Of a DNA stretch of 64,000 nt, positions 61,248 through 64,000 are shown one piece after another; positions within the stretch are counted from its first letter, which is position 1, and each line of letters starts with the position of its first letter. Source of the DNA: Entomortierella parvispora E1425 (Eukaryota; Fungi; Mortierellomycota); assembly GCA_020891255.1 (NCBI GenBank), contig BQFW01000015.1, positions 2,170,001 to 2,234,000 of the forward strand, read 5' to 3'. The translations under genes were made by a program, and so were the position numbers. Below the pieces are notes generated by a model. That model saw only the letters and a list, made by a program, of their open reading frames with translations. It was not told the DNA's origin and ran no database searches.

Positions 61248-63960
61248 GGTCGTGCTGTGTGCGGGTACGGATGTAGTGCTGTTTGTTGTTGTCGGATGGG
61301 GAGAAAGAGCCGACAGGGGGCGAATAGACAAGACGAAAGAACAGAGTGATGACAAAGAGGGGGTGAAAAAAAAGAGGTTCCAACTTCTTCAAAGTCTCTT
61401 GGTCTGTGGACAGAGCATATCAGGAAAAGGTTTTTCATCGGCATGGTATAGGGTGCGGATTGAACACGGAAGGCAAGGCCCGCAAAAAGAAGAGAAGCGG
61501 AAACTGAGGTTAGAAAACATGAAGCTACGCCCATAGTACCGAGAAGATATACGTCCGTTGGCAGGTTGACAAGAAGGATTAGGTTGCCACCACAGACATC
61601 CGACTGCTTGGAGGGAAGCAAACATCTGCCGTTGCAATGAACAGACACTGACACCATCGTTGTGAAACAGCCAAAGTCAAAAAGTGATGCGACCTCTCGG
61701 CGACAATTTAGCCAGTCGAGAGTCAATGGGAGAGACGCACCTCCAAGTTGGGGATTAAAGGTTCGACCTGAGTTGTGAACGTGAGGGGAGATGAATGAGG
61801 GTGGAGAGGGACAGGGGGGATATTAGAGGTAAAGAGGGGAAGAGAGGAGAGGAGAGAGGAGGAGAGGGAGGAGAGGGAGAAGTCGGAGGACTGGATCGAT
61901 GTCTTGTCTGAAAGAAGGAAGAGAGAAGAAAAAAGAAAGAGAGAAGAGAGGGCGAGACGAGAGGCTTCATGTTGTCAACAGGTCTGTCTCTTCTCTTTCG
62001 TCGTTTCTTTAATTGATCGTCCGATCCATCACACGCCCAAAGTCCAAACCACCACTGCCACTGCTGCCACTGTTGACCACCTCTCCCTTCGTCACCTCTG
62101 CGCAGCCTGCCTGTCTGCGCTATGCTCTTGCTTTTTTGTTTTCCCTCTAGTCGGCCTGCCCAATTGGACACTTGAACAAAGGGTTGAGCAACGACCTCAA
62201 TTGTCTTTGTCTCCCACCGGCCACCCCGGATCACCACCCCTCGGCTCCTGAGAAATGAACATCTTTTTGCTGAGTAAACACACGCCTTCTTCTCCTGGCC
62301 ACATAAAGTCCGCCCTGGTCTGCTTTATCAGCCAGCTTGTCTCGGCCTTTTTGTAAAGGGAGACTGCACTACACATCATAGGTCGATAATCCGTAGCGAT
62401 CGGTTACGCATCGTTGTCACCTCGTCTGCCTCCTGGTACAATTCAGATGCTGTTCATTTGTTTACTTCAACTAGAGGTGCTGCAATTCATGCTCTTGTTT
62501 GTTGGCGAAGAGGGTGGATGAGTAAGAACCGTCTGCCGTCCTCTCATGTTTTCATACCGCTCCTATCCCATCGCTGACTCTTTTGTGTGCCCTGCGCTAA
62601 TTTTGCAACCCAGGGTCTTTCTTGTTCCTCGGTTTCGTATCAGGAGATATAATAAAACAGCCCTACCTTGTCGGTTTCAAGGTATGGGCTGGGTTCTGGA
62701 TGCACATCTATTGCATGTAGGATTTCCAGTTGAATGTTCTTTTATGAACCGGACATTTGTTCCCATCAAGGCCACGCGTTCTTGCTGCTTTGTGTTTCGG
62801 GCCATTGGGCCCGATCAAATGGACAAACAGGCCTTTTTTTTGGGCTGAGTTGCAATTGCGTGAAAACGACAAAATCCAGCGGATCCTCGGCGAGAGTGGC
62901 CAGTTGTAGGAAAACTGGAAAAGCAAATTGGGGTCACCGCTGCTCCCGCCCAATACACAGCAGTCTTTATCTGGCCTTCTTGGGGGAGCGCTTGGTCTGT
63001 TCAATCTGTTGGGACCAAAAGGTTGCAAAAATGTTTCGCACCATATCCTCCCCATATCCTCCCCTTGCAATTGTCATGTAGCCCTCCCCTATGTTTATTT
63101 CCTACTCGGAGCGTTTGATATTCTCAAAACTCACGGCTACCGTATTTGGTGCCAAGAATCCTTTGAAGGTCATGTTAACATCCCTATTCCAAGATCATGA
63201 AAAGAGCCGATTTTGGACTCGATGGAAAGACCAGACGGCAAGATCGCTCTGCCAGTCTTTCCCCTTTCTCACTTTTGATAAAATTTCCTCCGTGTCCCTG
63301 AGATTGTGATCATAGAACACATGGCAAAATAGATCGTCTTTCTTCAGGTGCCACAACACACTCAGATGGGATTGGAGGCTGACTGGTCAAGCAGGTTACG
63401 TTGGGACAAAGCAAATCCAAGACGAATCATGCTCTTCGCGACTACACGTTCTCTGCCTAGGGTGTGCTCTTGTGTTGTCAGCCGCGCGTCGTTTGTCTGG
63501 AGTTGGGGTTTGAGCTTATGAGCTTCGAACAAAGACGGAGATAACGTGTGTCCGTCCGCAGACTCTGTTTGACGGCTTGGGAACCCTGAAGAAAAGGTCA
63601 CTAGCCAGTGACAGAGGGGCATTTGGCGGGGGATGCTGTCGACTTCACCACGAGAGAGAGGAACAAGATGAAAAGACTCAAAAAGACAGAGCAAACAGAC
63701 AAAAGTGGACAAAATAGTGAGCAAAATGGAAAGAGCCGTGTCCAACCAGCAAGTCAAACTAGCACGTGCGCCGTCCGTCCGCAACTGGTGGACTGAGACC
63801 AGGCCATTGCGCCACCATTTTTAACAAACTCATTTTTCGGCCCAAGCGCTTTGAACGCAATGCTGCTTCTTCTGCCTTCTTTCCCCATCTCTTTTCCATC
63901 TTCTCTTCTGCATCTCATTCCCCATCCCTCTTCTTCCCAAAAGAAAAAAATCATATCGAC

Positions 63961-64000
63961 ATGGATTCAAGCAAAGAGAACGACCAGAAACTCAACGAGC
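63961..64000 (+). CDS. Possible start of a gene running off the window end (MDSSKENDQKLNE...)
   Basis: ATG preceded by a CT-rich tract (63860-63945) and an A-rich leader like other gene starts here; only 13 codons visible. Confidence 0.3.
   Translation, partial: MDSSKENDQKLNE

Overview
Gene-dense, intron-rich fungal genomic DNA with GT-AG introns mostly ~70-200 nt, CTAAC/CTGAC branch sites and many poly(A)/poly(T) runs. Rab2, a tandem coronin and a BuGZ/ZNF207 gene point to an early-diverging fungus, most plausibly Mortierellaceae (inference, not a database match). I reconstructed about 20 protein-coding genes by hand: tandem coronin (5' partial), a Nudix-CCCH-CCCH-W2 fusion, ACC1, three tandem intronless DUF4419-like genes, WDR59/SEA3, an orphan RD-rich protein, POL12, DEPDC5/IML1, RAB2, ATP15, PP2A-B56/RTS1, ZNF207/BuGZ, a ZNF706-like small protein, RPL23, SMD2, DAD1/OST2, a GH63-like glucosidase and a Zn2Cys6 transcription factor with a polyQ tract. 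I found no convincing transposon, CRISPR array, tRNA or rRNA. The best candidate for an undescribed system is the 712-aa protein joining an apparently catalytically degenerate Ap4A-hydrolase (NUDT2-like) Nudix domain, two TTP-type CCCH RNA-binding fingers and an eIF5/eIF2B-epsilon-type W2 domain. Next are the diversifying intronless DUF4419 triplet, the close linkage of GATOR2 (WDR59) and GATOR1 (DEPDC5) genes, long hairpins in RPL23 introns and microexons in RAB2. All homology calls come from motif recognition and need HMM/BLAST confirmation.
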